Part shown: positions 1 through 14,381 of the stretch, piece after piece
Position numbering within the stretch: position 1 is the first letter of the stretch
How the letters are laid out: every line of letters begins with the position of its first letter
Source: Octopus vulgaris
Lineage: Eukaryota
DNA: 64,000 nucleotides
Assembly: GCA_951406725.2 (NCBI GenBank)
Contig: OX597822.1
Span: forward strand, 13,268,001-13,332,000
Reading direction: 5' to 3'
Made by a program: the position numbers and the translations under genes
Notes under the pieces: generated by a model
The model's input: the letters and a program-made list of their open reading frames with translations, nothing else
What the model was told of the DNA's origin: nothing
Databases searched by the model: none

Positions 1-1007
1 TTGTGCGAGAAACATTTTAGGTTTTACCTTAATCCTGAAAGTGTTTTGTAAACAACACCGAAAATTAATATCGAATGAATGCGCGCACGTTGGTTAGTGC
101 GGGAGTATTTGTGTGTATACGTAGATGTTTGTGAGTGTGCGTGCGTCTGTGCATGAGTGTGTGTATATGTATTAGCGATAACGTGCATTTGTATACGAAT
201 GTAATTGTGAATGTGTTTATATAAGCATGAGTGTGTGTGTGTATATGTGTGTACATGTGTGTGAGACAGAGAGTGAAGAGAATGCGTATATACGCGCGCA
301 CACACACACACACACAAACACCTGCACACACATACATATACCAAGGCACACACATATATGTATACATATATGTGTGTGTGTGTATGTATATATATGATTA
401 TAAAATCGTATACATATATATTGACTGGATTATATGTACATTCGTATATAAATATGTGTGTATATACATTTACCTGGCTATCTATTGCTCCGTGTATGCT
501 AACGTATATCTGTGTAAGTGTGAATGCAAGCTTGAGAACGTTTATAAGTGTGTTTGCGCGCGTGTATAGATTAAGCTTGTGTGAGCATGTGTTTGTGAGC
601 TTCTGAATATCCTTGTTTGCGCATGCGTATAACTTTATATGTATATGTCAGCGTCACGGCGTTTTGTTATAGAAGTGTTAAAACAACCACATTTCGGAAT
701 ATTATATCGTATCTGTGAATTAATATTAAATATATGAATATCATTTTCTGTATCTAATTAATTTTTTTTTAATTAAATAAATCATTTAACGAGAATTTTA
801 AATAGGCAATCCATCGGAAATGAATATCAAGGAACTAGGTATAATGTCATTAAATTGGACTTTTATATTAATTGATTGCATGTTTTTGGTCATCTACATC
901 GTTGGAATGACACTACATAAATTCAACGGATACTCATTGGAATGCGAAACTATAATTGTGTATGTGTGTTTGAATATCTGTTTCTATGTGCGTGTGTGTG
1001 TGTGTGA

Positions 1008-1054
<47 letters not shown>

Positions 1055-1281
1055 TGTGTTTGTTTAATACATGTGTTTAATACATGTGTGCTTGTATCTA
1101 TGGGTGTGATTTAGGAGAGAGTTGTCATAATGTGTGAAGAAAATGTTCACGCAATCCGTGTCTCTGAATCTGGCTTTGGTTTCCGCTCTTAGCGATGTCA
1201 ATTATCATGTTAATGTCTTTGGAATAATGCATTAATGTGTTATACAATGTACGTACGCATGAATGTATATATGTATGCATG

Positions 1282-1315
<34 letters not shown>

Positions 1316-1355
1316 TCTATCTATCTATCTATATATGTACTATATATGTACGTAT

Positions 1356-1388
<33 letters not shown>

Positions 1389-1389
1389 C

Positions 1390-1424
<35 letters not shown>

Positions 1425-1525
1425 TATATATATATATATATATATAGATATATATATACATATATATATACATAAACACATGTATATTTATACACTCACG
1501 TATATATATGTAATTATGTACGTGC

Positions 1526-1568
<43 letters not shown>

Positions 1569-2049
1569 CATACATATACATACATACATACATACATACA
1601 TACATACATACATACATACATACATACATACATACATGCATGCATGCAGAGAGAGAGAATGAGTGATATTTTACGTCGGAGAAAATGTGGTATAACTTAG
1701 TGTTCTATGTCGATTTGAATACGGTGTTTATAAAACTGTGTGTATGTGAGTGCGTGTGTGTGAGAGAGAGAGACATAGAGGGAGAGAGAGGGGGGAATGA
1801 GAGAGAGTTTCTGTAGATGTATCCAGGAAGGACTCATCCAACACTGCAGCCGATTCTTTTACACAACATTAGCATGTTTCAGTAGTCTGTACCAGAAAGC
1901 AATCTCCTCTCCTCGTGCGTAAACTTCTCTCTTCCAGCTTACTTCCAGCCCCTACCACTGACCCTCAACTTCGACCCTCAGCTTCACATTCTGCTTAACC
2001 CTCAAAATTTGCAAACTCTACTCGCTGCATACCATTTTTTAAATCTTTT

Positions 2050-2270
2050 TTGTTTTACTCGTTTCAATCATTAGATATCGGCAATGCTGGGGTACCGCCC
2101 TGGAGAAATTTTAGTCGAATAAATCGACCCCTAGTACTTATTTTCTTAAAGCCTCCTACATGTTCTATCGATGGACTTTTGCCGAACCGACAAGTTACTG
2201 GAAGATAAATACACCAACACCAGTAGTCAAGTTTATCAAGCGGTGCTGAGGTACAAACATAGATACATAC
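2050..2270 (-). mobile_element. SINE group A, 3' half
   Basis: Reverse complement of the 3' half of the 12392 SINE (atgctggggtaccgcc...gccgaaccg...acaccaacacc). Confidence 0.75.
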
Positions 2271-2439
2271 AGACTAACAAACCATGCACACGCACACGCT
2301 TGCAAGCACAAAGGAATTATTATTTGTAGAGATATATCCGGATGTAGGTGGTTTATTTAGAATTAGTCAGAGAAATTTCCTAAATGTGTCATATGAATGT
2401 GAATGATATCTTTTTCTCATCGTACAAGTCTTGGCGTGG

Positions 2440-2660
2440 TATTAAAAGATCAGGGTCAGTTGAGACGAAATATTTCTCTGATGTGACTCGACCTTGATGG
2501 TTGTTGAGGGTGTATGGCACAGAGACCAAGTCTTAGGTACATTTTAAATGCTGATGGAATATTTCCCAAGCCATACAAAATAATATGGCGTTCACGGCAG
2601 CGATGGAGGACACTGAGTTTCAGCTTCTTGAACCGATAAGCACAGTGCAATGGCTACCGT
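2440..2660 (-). pseudogene. Decayed CR1-group LINE RT C-terminal fragment
   Basis: ORF 2456-2650 reads AYRFKKLKLSVLHRCRERHIILY, resembling the Y-x-RLKxLKL-x-SL-x-RRRERY-x-II motif of the CR1-type C-terminus; the 59.5 kb element continues into the same IYIWKILEGL region. Confidence 0.5.
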
Positions 2661-3190
2661 AAGGCTGGTGCGTCACAAAGGAAGTTATATCTTAACGCAA
2701 AGGGAGACTAATCTGTTTTGTATTTAGATTTTCGGTTATGTTGTCTCGTCTCATTCTCCATCTATGATTCACTCACATACTATCAACAAATAGTTCGACT
2801 CCGCTCTCTTTCACTCACTCACTCATCTTCGAGTTCAACTTACCCACTCACTCACTCATTTTGTCATTTTCTTCACACATTCACGACGTTTATTAAATCA
2901 CATCAAACCTGTTGAATAATAAATGAAATGTAAATACGCCAAGAAGACACTTTCTTGAATAATGCAAATATTGCAGATAATACAAGGTGGGGGGGGGGGT
3001 AAAGACAAAAAGATAGAAATGTGTGTGTGTGAGGGAAACACAGAGAGAGAGAGAGAGAGAGAATGACGTGGTATTAAGAAAAATAATGATGTGTGGAAGA
3101 CAGTGAAGGGGGGGGATTACACAGTTATGTTTCTGTATGAAAGAAAGAGAGAAAGAGAAGATGATTAAAAGATACAGTGATGAGAGTTGT

Positions 3191-3475
<285 letters not shown>

Positions 3476-4118
3476 AGGAGAGAGGGGGCAGAGAATGGAG
3501 AGGAGAAGTAACGAAAGATATGAAACACGGTGATAGAATATGTTGGATAGAAAGAGAGAGGAGGAGAGGAGATGAAGAGAAAGAAAGTAAATAAGTCAAA
3601 GAAGTGTTTGAAGAGAGAGGAAGAGTAACAATGTTATTGAGAAAGTAAAATGGCTGGTGAGAACAAATGAAGAAACATTTGGATAAATGAAGTGAATTTA
3701 TGAGAATTTATGAGAATTTATGAGAATTTATGAGACTGCTGAAAATAGGGGTGGCGTTAGAGGAAAGAGCAAAGAGGTGAAAGGGGAAGAAAGAGAGAGA
3801 GAAAGAAAGAAGGAAAGAGAGAAAGAGAGAAAGAAGGAAAGAGATTTAAAACAATTGTGAGAAAGAAGAAAAGGAAGAGACGAGGAAAGAAAAGAAATAG
3901 AAAATTCGAGGAGCAACATTTAAGATCAGCTGCAGCAATGAGAACAAGGATAAAGAGTACAAGCACAACAACGACGACAACAACAGCAACAGCAACACAA
4001 GAAAACAAAGAAAAACAGCATCGACAACAAGAAGAGCAAGAAATTCCAGAGAATTTAAGATAAAGAAAAGCCAGTCTCATTAAAACTTACTCTGTCTCCC
4101 TCCATCTCTGCCCTCATG

Positions 4119-4320
<202 letters not shown>

Positions 4321-4886
4321 AAACTTAGATATGTTTCGACCAAAGATTGATCCAGGCCATGTCTAACTTAATACCACCACCTGATAGGATTATCTAAATC
4401 CTTTTTAAGTCAAGTTTTGTTTATGGTCCATTCGAGTAGTGAGTTCTTGTTGAGTGAGTTGTATTCAGGTATGCGGTATTCTTTAAAGAAATATGTCCAG
4501 ACTCCGTTTAAAGGTGATGGGGTACTTTTCCTCAGTTATGGGACAATTGAAAAACAGAAATTGTGTCGCCGTGTAGAAAAACAGAAATTGTGTCGCCGTG
4601 TACCTCTATGTTGTGATCCTAAATTGGGCAGGGGACATATGATCAGTGGTCCCAGCCTTGGATGAACCTTGAAGCTAATGTTCAGGTCGTTTGGGCAATG
4701 TAGGTGCTCTACTCTCTCGAGCGGCGCTGGAGAGAGTAGAGTTTCAAGGCTTAAAGGCGATCCCAGTTAACTAGATCAGTCTTGTGTTTTTCTCCGTCAC
4801 AACATATGAACGAGAAAGGAAAGGGTGATAGATGAATAAGGAAGGAAGGGTGATGGCAATATGTGTGTTTGTGTGTGTGTGTGTGT

Positions 4887-4941
<55 letters not shown>

Positions 4942-5214
4942 CAATGGAAGTTGGATTGTGAACATTCAACGCCGAAAAGGAAAATCAAACAGCGTTTCAA
5001 CTGTTTGTGTGAGTATATGTGTGTATGAGTGTGCGTGTACAAAGGAAGTATGTGAATGTTTGTATGTGTGAAGCAGCGTTCTTTCAGTAACAAACGATGA
5101 TCGATGTTACATCTCAAAAGACAACCTCTAGATAACATCGACAAGTGTATTCATTTGATTCACTGTCCATATTTGTACATAAAATACTACAATTAGCCGT
5201 AATATTTGACGGCA

Positions 5215-5390
5215 GGGACCAGGAAAACAGCTGACAACTGATGAAGGGTCGTTCTTTTATGTTGCCTGTCTTGTTTTCCATTTGTTTCTTTCGTTGTTCG
5301 CAAAAAAAAGTTCGTATTCCATGCTTTCGTATTTTATGTTGTTTTCGTATTGCATGTTGTTTACGTTCTGTGGTGTACTGTGCCCATATA
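5215..5390 (+). mobile_element. Dispersed short repeat (aactgatgaagg family); second copy 16085-16270 on minus strand
   Basis: aaaacag..acaactgatgaagg...tttatgttgc.tgtct.gttt...tttctttcgttgttcg matches the reverse complement of 16150-16240. Confidence 0.7.
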
Positions 5391-5401
5391 TGCATGTGTA
5401 T

Positions 5402-5525
<124 letters not shown>

Positions 5526-6027
5526 ATGTGTGTGTATGTGTGTGTGGTGTGTGTGTGCGTGTGTGTATGTACATATATGTATATATGTATGCATATATAT
5601 CTATATATTATGGATATATATATATATATATATATATACATACATAAGCATACGGCTGTAAGCTGATGCAAGTACAATATATAAACCCATATGTTTGCGC
5701 ATGTGTGTGTATATGTGTTAGGTGTATGCATAGTTACATTGTTAAGGAGCATATTACTCAGAATATCACACTTGATGCTCTGTGTGGCTAATCGATCTGC
5801 CACCCGCAATCGGTGAAGTCTCTTGCTACGTTCACCCTGAAATGTAGTTCCGTTCTGATCGCTTTTTGATTAGACTGGAGAAAATGTTCAAGAAATTTTA
5901 TATAAATCATTGTCTGATGATTGAGTTAAATTGCAAATGGGAGAGAGAACTTCTCAGCAATTAATATTACTTGATATGACAGTTTGTTCGTTGGTTCTCG
6001 ATTGTCCCTGGTATAATTTTCGACATC

Positions 6028-6210
6028 AAAGGCGGTGTGCTAGCCGTATCCTTAGTTTGCCAGACAAAACGCTCCACGTAGTGTGCTGACGCTAAGGTTA
6101 ACGTTGTCATTCATCTTTTCGGGGTCAAAGTCCCTGTCAAGTACCAGGGCCAATGTTATCGATTAACCCCTACCCTTAATTGACTGGATTTGTGCCAAAA
6201 TTTGAAACAG
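6028..6210 (+). mobile_element. SINE group B, degenerate
   Basis: aaggcggtgtgctag head, ttcatcttttcggggtc central domain, tttgtgccaaaatttgaaac tail. Confidence 0.6.
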
Positions 6211-6717
6211 TTATTTCCCTTGCTTGTTGATTCGGATAGATCTAATGCAGCGGATTGTCTTTAATGATAAGTGCAAACGGTAACGTATTTTTTGATCGAG
6301 TGTACCGCAGAATACTGCAGGATATACAGCTTATCAAACAAGCAGAATATGTCGTTATGTAACCCAAAGAAGAGTGAAGGAGTCCTTTGTTTATGCTTAA
6401 CAGTGCAGTAGGTTAGTCATGTCCTCTATCTCTGAGTAACAATAAGAAACGGGGCGAATAAAAGGTGTCTACATTCCTTTGGTTCTAAAGGAATGCAAGT
6501 TTTGATTATAATATCCCCTGCATTCAGAGATTCCTGTACTCGACAAAATGAAGCAATGGTGATAGCTCTGTATACTGATGTAATGCAAAAGCAATATTGA
6601 TTGAGTGGAGGGGGCCTGGGTTACTGGATTTGAAGATGTCTATATATCCGTACTCAGTTGTGGCGCATAATGCTGAGAGACATGTCATGCACATAAAAAA
6701 CATCTAACCTTAATAAT

Positions 6718-7121
6718 TCTTTATAATATAGGCACAAGGCCTGAAATTTTGAGGGAGATGACTAGTCAATTACATCGACTGTAGTGTTTCAATGATACCT
6801 AATTTAACGACCCCAAAAGGAAGAAAGGAAAGGTCGACCTCAGCGGAATTTGAACTCAGAACGTAGCGACGGGTGAAATACCTATTTCTATTTCTTTACT
6901 ACCCACAAGGGGCTAAACACAGAAGGGACAAACAAGGACAGACAAAAGGATTAAGTCGATTATATGGACCCCAGTGCGTAACTGGTACTTATTTAATCGA
7001 CCCCGAAAGGATGAAAGGCAAAGTGGACCTTGGCGGAATTTGAACTCAGAATGTAGCGGCTGACGAAATACGGCTACGCATTTCGTCCGGCGTGCTAACG
7101 TTTCTTTCAGCTCGCCGCCTT
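6718..7121 (-). mobile_element. Dimeric tRNA-derived SINE group B with 18-bp TSD
   Basis: On minus: head aaggcggcgagctg, B-box gagttcaaattcc, central gcctttcatcctttcggggtcgat (Meta-domain-like from memory). Two units. TSD acatcta(a/g)ccttaataat at 6700-6717 and 7122-7139. Confidence 0.85.
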
Positions 7122-7647
7122 ACATCTAGCCTTAATAATGAATGCATAGAACTGTTTGTATTTATTATTTTCAATCGGAAAGTGATGATCGTCAATAAAA
7201 AAAAAAGTCTTAGCAGTCTTGATCGTAATGTCTAACTTATAAAGTTGATTAAACCATATCACTCTCAGCTTCCTTATTCACTTGAGATCCGGAGTAAATG
7301 ATGGATTCTTCATTATTTGACTAACTTCTCACTGAAACCACTATATATAGGCCCATTGTTGCGTTTTAATTTCTATGAATGTTACAGTCATATTTCTATT
7401 CTTATTCTTCTTTCTAATTATTTCAAAATGACAAGACTATTTCGCAAAGGATTTCACCGTTTTATCCACTTTAAAAATTAAAGTTTACTTAACCGTGTCC
7501 TTAAAAAAGTAAATCGATTTTCCCAGGTGCTTTCCGGAGTACGGGACTTCATCACAATGGCCGAAGAATAATCACTTTAGTTGTGTTACGGAAGCTCATA
7601 TAAGAGGATTGCTCCTAAAGGAAAGCATTTTGCCCCATTAGCAACAA

Positions 7648-7701
7648 ATTGTAAGGTTGCTCCGATATTCACCGTTCCAATATAAATGTGTGTGCGTGTG
7701 C

Positions 7702-7755
<54 letters not shown>

Positions 7756-7809
7756 GCACACGCACACACATTTATATTGGAATGGTGAATATCGGAGCAA
7801 CCTTACAAT
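7648..7809. repeat. Near-perfect palindrome centred on a (TA)n tract
   Basis: attgtaaggttgctccgatattcacc...gtgcatg (TA)n catgcac...ggtgaatatcggagcaaccttacaat; one mismatch. Confidence 0.95.
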
Positions 7810-8393
7810 ATATTCTAAAATGGAGGCGAACACCTTTCTCCATGTGATCGGCTAGAAAAAATGTTATGACACTAGGCTATTTTCCTACTTTCCTTAATAT
7901 GAAACCAATGGTAGCCTTAATTCACAAATAAACAAAATATATACATACTTAAATACATACATACATATATATATATTCTGGAAGCAGATAAAGCTATAAA
8001 AAACAGCATGTAAATTTGAAGCTCCAAACCTCTTTGGATAGAAAATTTTGAAGGCTGCCTGTGGGACACGATGTTTCTAAATTCTCATGACGTCGACGAC
8101 ATACAATTCTTGCAGATAATAATAAAGCATCTAAAAGGAATAGAGAAATCCGAAGGATTACCTTGTTCAAATGATAGATCGCTTTCATATTTATAGGAGA
8201 TATGGGTTCGAATGCCCCATAGGGATTTCTTCAATATTTACATTTTAGTATTTATAACTATACCTGCTTCGAGTTTAACCATTCCAAACAAGAATCATTT
8301 CGTATTTCTGAAGGTTTTGAATTCTTATGACGTGAAACATCTATATACCTACATACATGCATACCACATACATATTCATATACATATATGCAT

Positions 8394-8475
<82 letters not shown>

Positions 8476-8785
8476 AAATGTATCTGTAATCAATAATCTG
8501 TATTTTTGTTATTTTTTATTTGCCCTGTCCGTGTGAGCTAACAATCGTACTGACTTTCATGGTAAGCATGTATTTTCGTGGTTGAAACCTTTTGGATTAA
8601 CTAGTGCTAGGGTGAGCAATATAGTGACCACTCTCTTATATTTATTTTGTAAAAATATTATAATATGTTATAAAATATTATAATAATCCAGGTTTCTCGA
8701 AGCACTAGGCCACTTGGTGTGGAATAAATATACTATTAAATTAGTATCTAATTCTCTCACCCTTATTAATTAATTATATATATAT

Positions 8786-8820
<35 letters not shown>

Positions 8821-9030
8821 CAGTTAATCCAAACATGAAAGCACAAAGAGAAAACACAACAACGCGAGGACGTGGAACAAGTATAGTGTTATTGGACACT
8901 CAGGAATGGAAAGAAAGAAGGAGGATTTAACGTTTCGAGCGGAGCTCTTCGTCAGAAACATAGGAAAAGGAACGATCCAAAGAAGGGAAGACGGAGGGGA
9001 AAAATCGCCAACGATACACACGCGGTCACA
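8821..9030 (-). mobile_element. Short PLE-like element with minimal HHR, in (TA)n
   Basis: Flanked by TA repeats; an HHR-deleted sister copy lies at about 13010-13130 (+). Confidence 0.7.
8925..8959 (-). ncRNA. Minimal type I hammerhead ribozyme motif
   Basis: Minus reads gttt CTGACGA a GAGC tcc GCTC GAAAC GTT aaat; stem III is the palindrome ACGT. Confidence 0.75.
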
Positions 9031-9100
9031 ATATATAAGCCTGTGTATCTGTATGTGTGTATACATCCATGTATAGATAGATAGCTACATGAACAGATAA

Positions 9101-9202
<102 letters not shown>

Positions 9203-9891
9203 GGTATAACTTCATGGTGTCGAAGCCATGAAGAAAGGAAAATGAGAGGATAACAGGAAGAAGTACTCAACATATTCAAAAACCAGTGTAATCTGTAAAT
9301 CGCTTATCAAACATGCTTTCAACGGAACTCTGCATCTTTGAGTCACTTACATAGTTCACATCTGAAGCAATGCAACCGAGACAACTTTAGTTCTTAAGTG
9401 TGAGGTTGAGAAAAGAACTCGTACCTTGAACGAACTGCCTTCCCTAACTAAGTCTTATGTCACCATTTTCACTTATACTTAATTGTTTTTGCTTTTTTAT
9501 GAACAGCTATCAATTTATAACGTTTCTTTCTGAAAGTTTACTTGGCTAGATTGCAGCGCAAAACCAGACACATGACAGAGAAGCAAGTGTCGGAACAGAC
9601 TACGTCTGTTTGCTTGCTACTATATATTCTAAACTCTCTGTGTTTAATTTATATTATATGTTTTATTTTCTCCTGTATGTTTAATGGCTATGCCTTCACT
9701 GATGATTAACTTGACTCGCCTTAGGCAAACTACTTTCCTATAGATAATTCTATATCCTGTCAGCCGCACAGTTTTCCTGTAAATGAAACGAATACATCAA
9801 CGCATATCACAGACTGAATGCGGAATTGATACGAGACTAAATCAAACCAAGGAAATAACCGAGGAAAGTAAAGAAGCTGAGAGTTTAACGA

Positions 9892-9952
<61 letters not shown>

Positions 9953-10298
9953 AAAAAGGCAAGCAACAGGTTGCTTAGCCACATACCTAAAAATTAGAAA
10001 TAGCAGTCAAAGACCGCTTATTTCTATTTTTCTACAAAGATAACTCCACATATGACATATACATTTAACTCACATATGTAGAACAGAAGGAAAATAACGG
10101 AAACAAAGTCTTCGGTCATATATATTGGTAAATACGGTAAGATAACAAAAGAAAGAAAGAGACATCGATATTATGTAAATAGAGGAAATTATTTGTAAAT
10201 GTAATACCTCGGCATCCGAAACTCAGACTTTTATCTTGGCTACCGAATAATTGTCACATATTACATTTACAGTTATATACATATATATATATATATAT

Positions 10299-10501
10299 GT
10301 AGGTCCCGGGTTGATTCGGGGTTAACCACAGTAAATAAGGTACTCAATACATAGCAGAGTAAAATTAATTTATTATATAGAAGGAGCTTCTACAGGACTA
10401 GAACTGTTTCATTCAAGAGAAATCTTCAGGAAGCTCCTGAGCTTCCTGAAGATTTCTCTTGAATGAAACAGTTCTAGTCCTGTAGAAGCTCCTTCTATAT
10501 A

Positions 10502-10507
<6 letters not shown>
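10299..10507. mobile_element. PLE-like terminal-repeat fragment with perfect 69-bp inverted repeat, in (TA)n
   Basis: Arms 10368-10436 and 10439-10507 with 2-nt spacer; related single arm at 30790-30857. Confidence 0.8.
10439..10491 (+). ncRNA. Type I hammerhead ribozyme motif (mirror copy on minus at 10384-10436)
   Basis: GAGCTTC CTGAAGA tttctcttgaat GAA ACAG ttctagtc CTGT A GAAGCTC: 7-bp stem I, 4-bp stem III, GUA site, weak stem II. Confidence 0.8.
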
Positions 10508-10548
<41 letters not shown>

Positions 10549-11014
10549 CTTTTTTAGTTAAGTGGAAGATACGTTATCCGCGACTTTTGCAGATGGATAA
10601 ATGTGATGCGACTGATGTAAAAGTTGAGAATTTTTAGGCCTGCCTTTGTAGGGATGCCATGAATGTGGATAGCATTCTAAGAGTATTACTGTTTCGGGAT
10701 GTGTTTGAAACGGGATCTACAGTGTCTAAGCAATAGAAGTGAATCGGAGAAACACTGATGTGTTACGTTGTATAAGTTAGCTAGTTTACTGAGGTCGATT
10801 TTGTTGAATGAGTAACAGTAGGCCGCTCAATACGTACAAAAGGGGAGACTAAACGACATCGCCATCCACGTGTAAAACCCTGTTTCTTGAGCCAAATTAT
10901 AGATTCGGTGATGTAGAACGTCGCAAACAACTAAATTATGTGATATAATTAGTCAGAAATTCAGAATTTCTCCCAGGAATTAATTGATAAATATCTCTTC
11001 AGGACTACATAGAA

Positions 11015-11056
<42 letters not shown>

Positions 11057-11578
11057 ACAAAGCAAGAGAGATAACTCCAGTAATATCAAGAGAATTTGGA
11101 AAATGAAGACAATAAAACTAGAAATTAATCTTGATTTCTTTTATCAGTTTTATTGAAATTCATTTTCGCTAACTTTTTTCAAATATTTCTCCAATTTTTC
11201 TTTTAGTTTTCTTTCACTTCTTCTCTCTTGCATTCTCTTCGTCTCGCTTTTCCCTTCTTCTTTTATTCTTCACTTGCCCTCTTTAGTTCATACGTTTTAA
11301 GTTCACTTCTATTGCATTCCTCATGTCCTACCACGTGCCTCTCAGATCATCTTATCTCACAGAAATACATTTTTTCTTTCACATTACACCATCTGTCACC
11401 CATCCTCTTATATACACTTCTTTAATGCCCTCACATTCATCTCGCCTTCTCTTTTACCTTACATTTTCCATCTCACTCACTTGAATGCGTTCTTCACACA
11501 GACACCTGATGTTTACACACACCAACATTCCCCAGTACCATCAACCTACGACACTGTACTTCGATAGTTGCATACTTC

Positions 11579-11986
11579 TACATACATACATACATACATA
11601 CATACATACATACGTACATACATCCGTACGTACATACATTCATACATACATACATACATACATACATACATACATCCGTACATACATACATCCGTACATA
11701 CATACATCCGTACGTACATACATACGTACGTACATACATACATACATACATACATACATACATACATACATACATACATACATACATACATACATACATA
11801 CATACATACATACATACATACATACATACATACATACATACATACATACATGCATACATGCATACATACATACATACATACATACATACATACATACATA
11901 CATACATACATACATACATACATACATACATACATACATACATACATACATACATACATACATACATACATACATACATACATACA

Positions 11987-12015
<29 letters not shown>
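11579..12015 (+). repeat. (CATA)n microsatellite with CGTA variants
   Basis: Seen directly. Confidence 0.95.
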
Positions 12016-12017
<2 letters not shown>

Positions 12018-12391
12018 GCAGCACTGCTCCTTAAACTAAAAAAAATAGATGCACTCCAGTATCTGAACACACACACTCACACAAACACATTCACTCATTT
12101 TTCCACTATTTAACTCTGCCTTAGAATCGCATTTCCACCCACTTACCTGGATTTTACCCGTTATACTTTCGTGTCAGTCAGTTTTTTTGTTTTTGTTCTT
12201 TCACGTTCTACCTTCGTTTTTCATCTACAGTTTTCTTTTGAGAAAAATTTCAGCATCCGTATCGTTACGATTCCTTTTTAAGCGTTAAACAAATACAATA
12301 TTTGTCAAACCATTTCCTCCTGTTATTTCTTGTGATTTTGTTCTTTAGCTACACTATAATAAAGGCATGTATACATACATACTTTTATATA

Positions 12392-12553
12392 GGCGCAGGA
12401 GTGGCTGTGTGGTAAGTAGCTTGCTTACCAACCACACAGTTCAGGGTTAAGTCCCACTGCGTGGCACCTTGGGCAAGTGTCTTCTACTATAGCCTCGGGC
12501 CGACCAAAGCCTTGTGAGTGGATTTGGTAAACGGAAACTGAAAGAAGCCCGTC

Positions 12554-12607
<54 letters not shown>

Positions 12608-12790
12608 GTGTTTGTGTGTTTGTGTGTCTGTGTTTGTCTCCCCAACATCGCTTGACAACCGATGCTGGTGTGTTTACGTCCCCGTTACTTAGCGGTTTGG
12701 CAAAAGAGACTGATAGGATAAGTACTAGGCTCACGAAGAATAAGTCCTGGGGTCGATTTGCTCGACTAAAAAGGCAGTGCTCCAGCATGG
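12392..12790 (+). mobile_element. tRNA-derived SINE group A (CORE-like) with internal (TA)n/(TG)n
   Basis: A-box tggctgtgtgg, B-box-like ggttaagtcc, CORE-like accttgggcaagtgtctt, tail ggcagtgctccagcatgg; at least 8 copies in the window. Confidence 0.9.
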
Positions 12791-13182
12791 ATAGATAGAC
12801 ATATAGGTACATCACAACTAACACTCTATATATATTTGCATGCATGTATATGTATATATATATATATATGTGCATACATACGCACATATATATATATAAT
12901 GCATACACATAAATACATACACATATATGCATATACAAATACATATATACATATACACAAGTACATATGCATATACATACATGTATATACATACATATAC
13001 AACTACATGAGGGCTGTTGCCGTTTTTTTGCTCCGTCTTCCTTTTCTTTTCTTCGCTGAGCATCTGCTAATACTTTGCATGCACCACGTTCTTGCGTTGT
13101 TGATTTTTTCTCGTATTTATTCTTCGTTTTTTTTTTGTGGGGTGGGATTTACTATATATATATATACATACGTGAATACATG

Positions 13183-13222
<40 letters not shown>

Positions 13223-13455
13223 TAAACAGTAAAAATAATTACAGACATGGACAAGAACATGAAACGCCACAGAGACGACACAAGAACCACAGGACGGGAC
13301 ATTCGAAGCCCTCAGTCATCAGTCAAGAACCAGATCATCTTAGCAATTTCGATACATACAGGCATGCATACATGCATACATACATACATGCATATACATG
13401 TACATATATACATATATACACTTACATACATATATATTTATGTGTGTGTATATAA

Positions 13456-13950
13456 GGCGCGGGAGTGGCTGTGTGGTAGGAAGAAGCTCACTTCCCAACC
13501 ACAAGGTTCCAGGTTCAGTCCCACTGCGCTGCAACTTGGGCAAGTGTCATTTACTATAACCTCGGGCCGGCCAAAGTCTTGTGAGAAGATTTGGTACACG
13601 GAAACTGAAAGAAGCTCGTCGTATATATATATGTGTGTGTGTGTGTATATATATATATATACATACATATGTGTGTGTGTGTATATGTGTGTGTGTATGT
13701 GTGCATGTATGTATGTATGTATGTATGTATGTATGTATGTATGTATTTGTGTGCTTTTGTTTGTCCCCTCACCATCACTCGACAACCGATGCAGGTGTCT
13801 TTACGTCCCCGTAAATTGGCGGTTCGGCAAAAAGAGACTGATAGAATAAATACTAGGCTTACAAGGAATAAGTCCTGGGGTTGATGTGTTCGACTGTAGA
13901 CAGTGATCCAGTATGGCCGGCGTCAAATTACTAAAACAGATAAAAGAATA
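13456..13950 (+). mobile_element. SINE group A, full length
   Basis: Same head, core and tail as the 12392 copy. Confidence 0.9.
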
Positions 13951-14298
13951 TAAGAACAATGCATGAATATACGAACATGAAACTCTGTCGCGTTCGCACT
14001 TAGACGCAGAAACCTCCCTTGAGTAATTTTCCGTTATCATATTTAACGACATTATGGTCGGGTGTACAAGTGCCAGTTGGTATAAATCGAACCGTAGACT
14101 CCACTACATGTCTGATATTCAATACCCTCTCGATTCTGTTATCTCCAATCTGCAATGTAGCTGGGTGAACGCCAGCCAACAATATTTTGGTTTGTTGTGA
14201 CAAATTTCTGATATTTATTTCTGTTTTACTTTCTGTGATCGAATATATTTTCGAAAAAAATATTTTTCTTACACTTTTTCCTCCATTTAAATACGCTG

Positions 14299-14381
<83 letters not shown>

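Noticed and set aside
7520-7560. gtgatgaagtcc...ggaaag on minus as a hammerhead
   Set aside because: The core lacks C3 and GAAAC, and stems I and III cannot be formed.
11579-12015. Regularly interrupted (CATA)n, and similarly (AAT)n at 39.8 kb, as CRISPR-like or coded arrays
   Set aside because: No unique spacers; the variants are explained by slippage of single substitutions.
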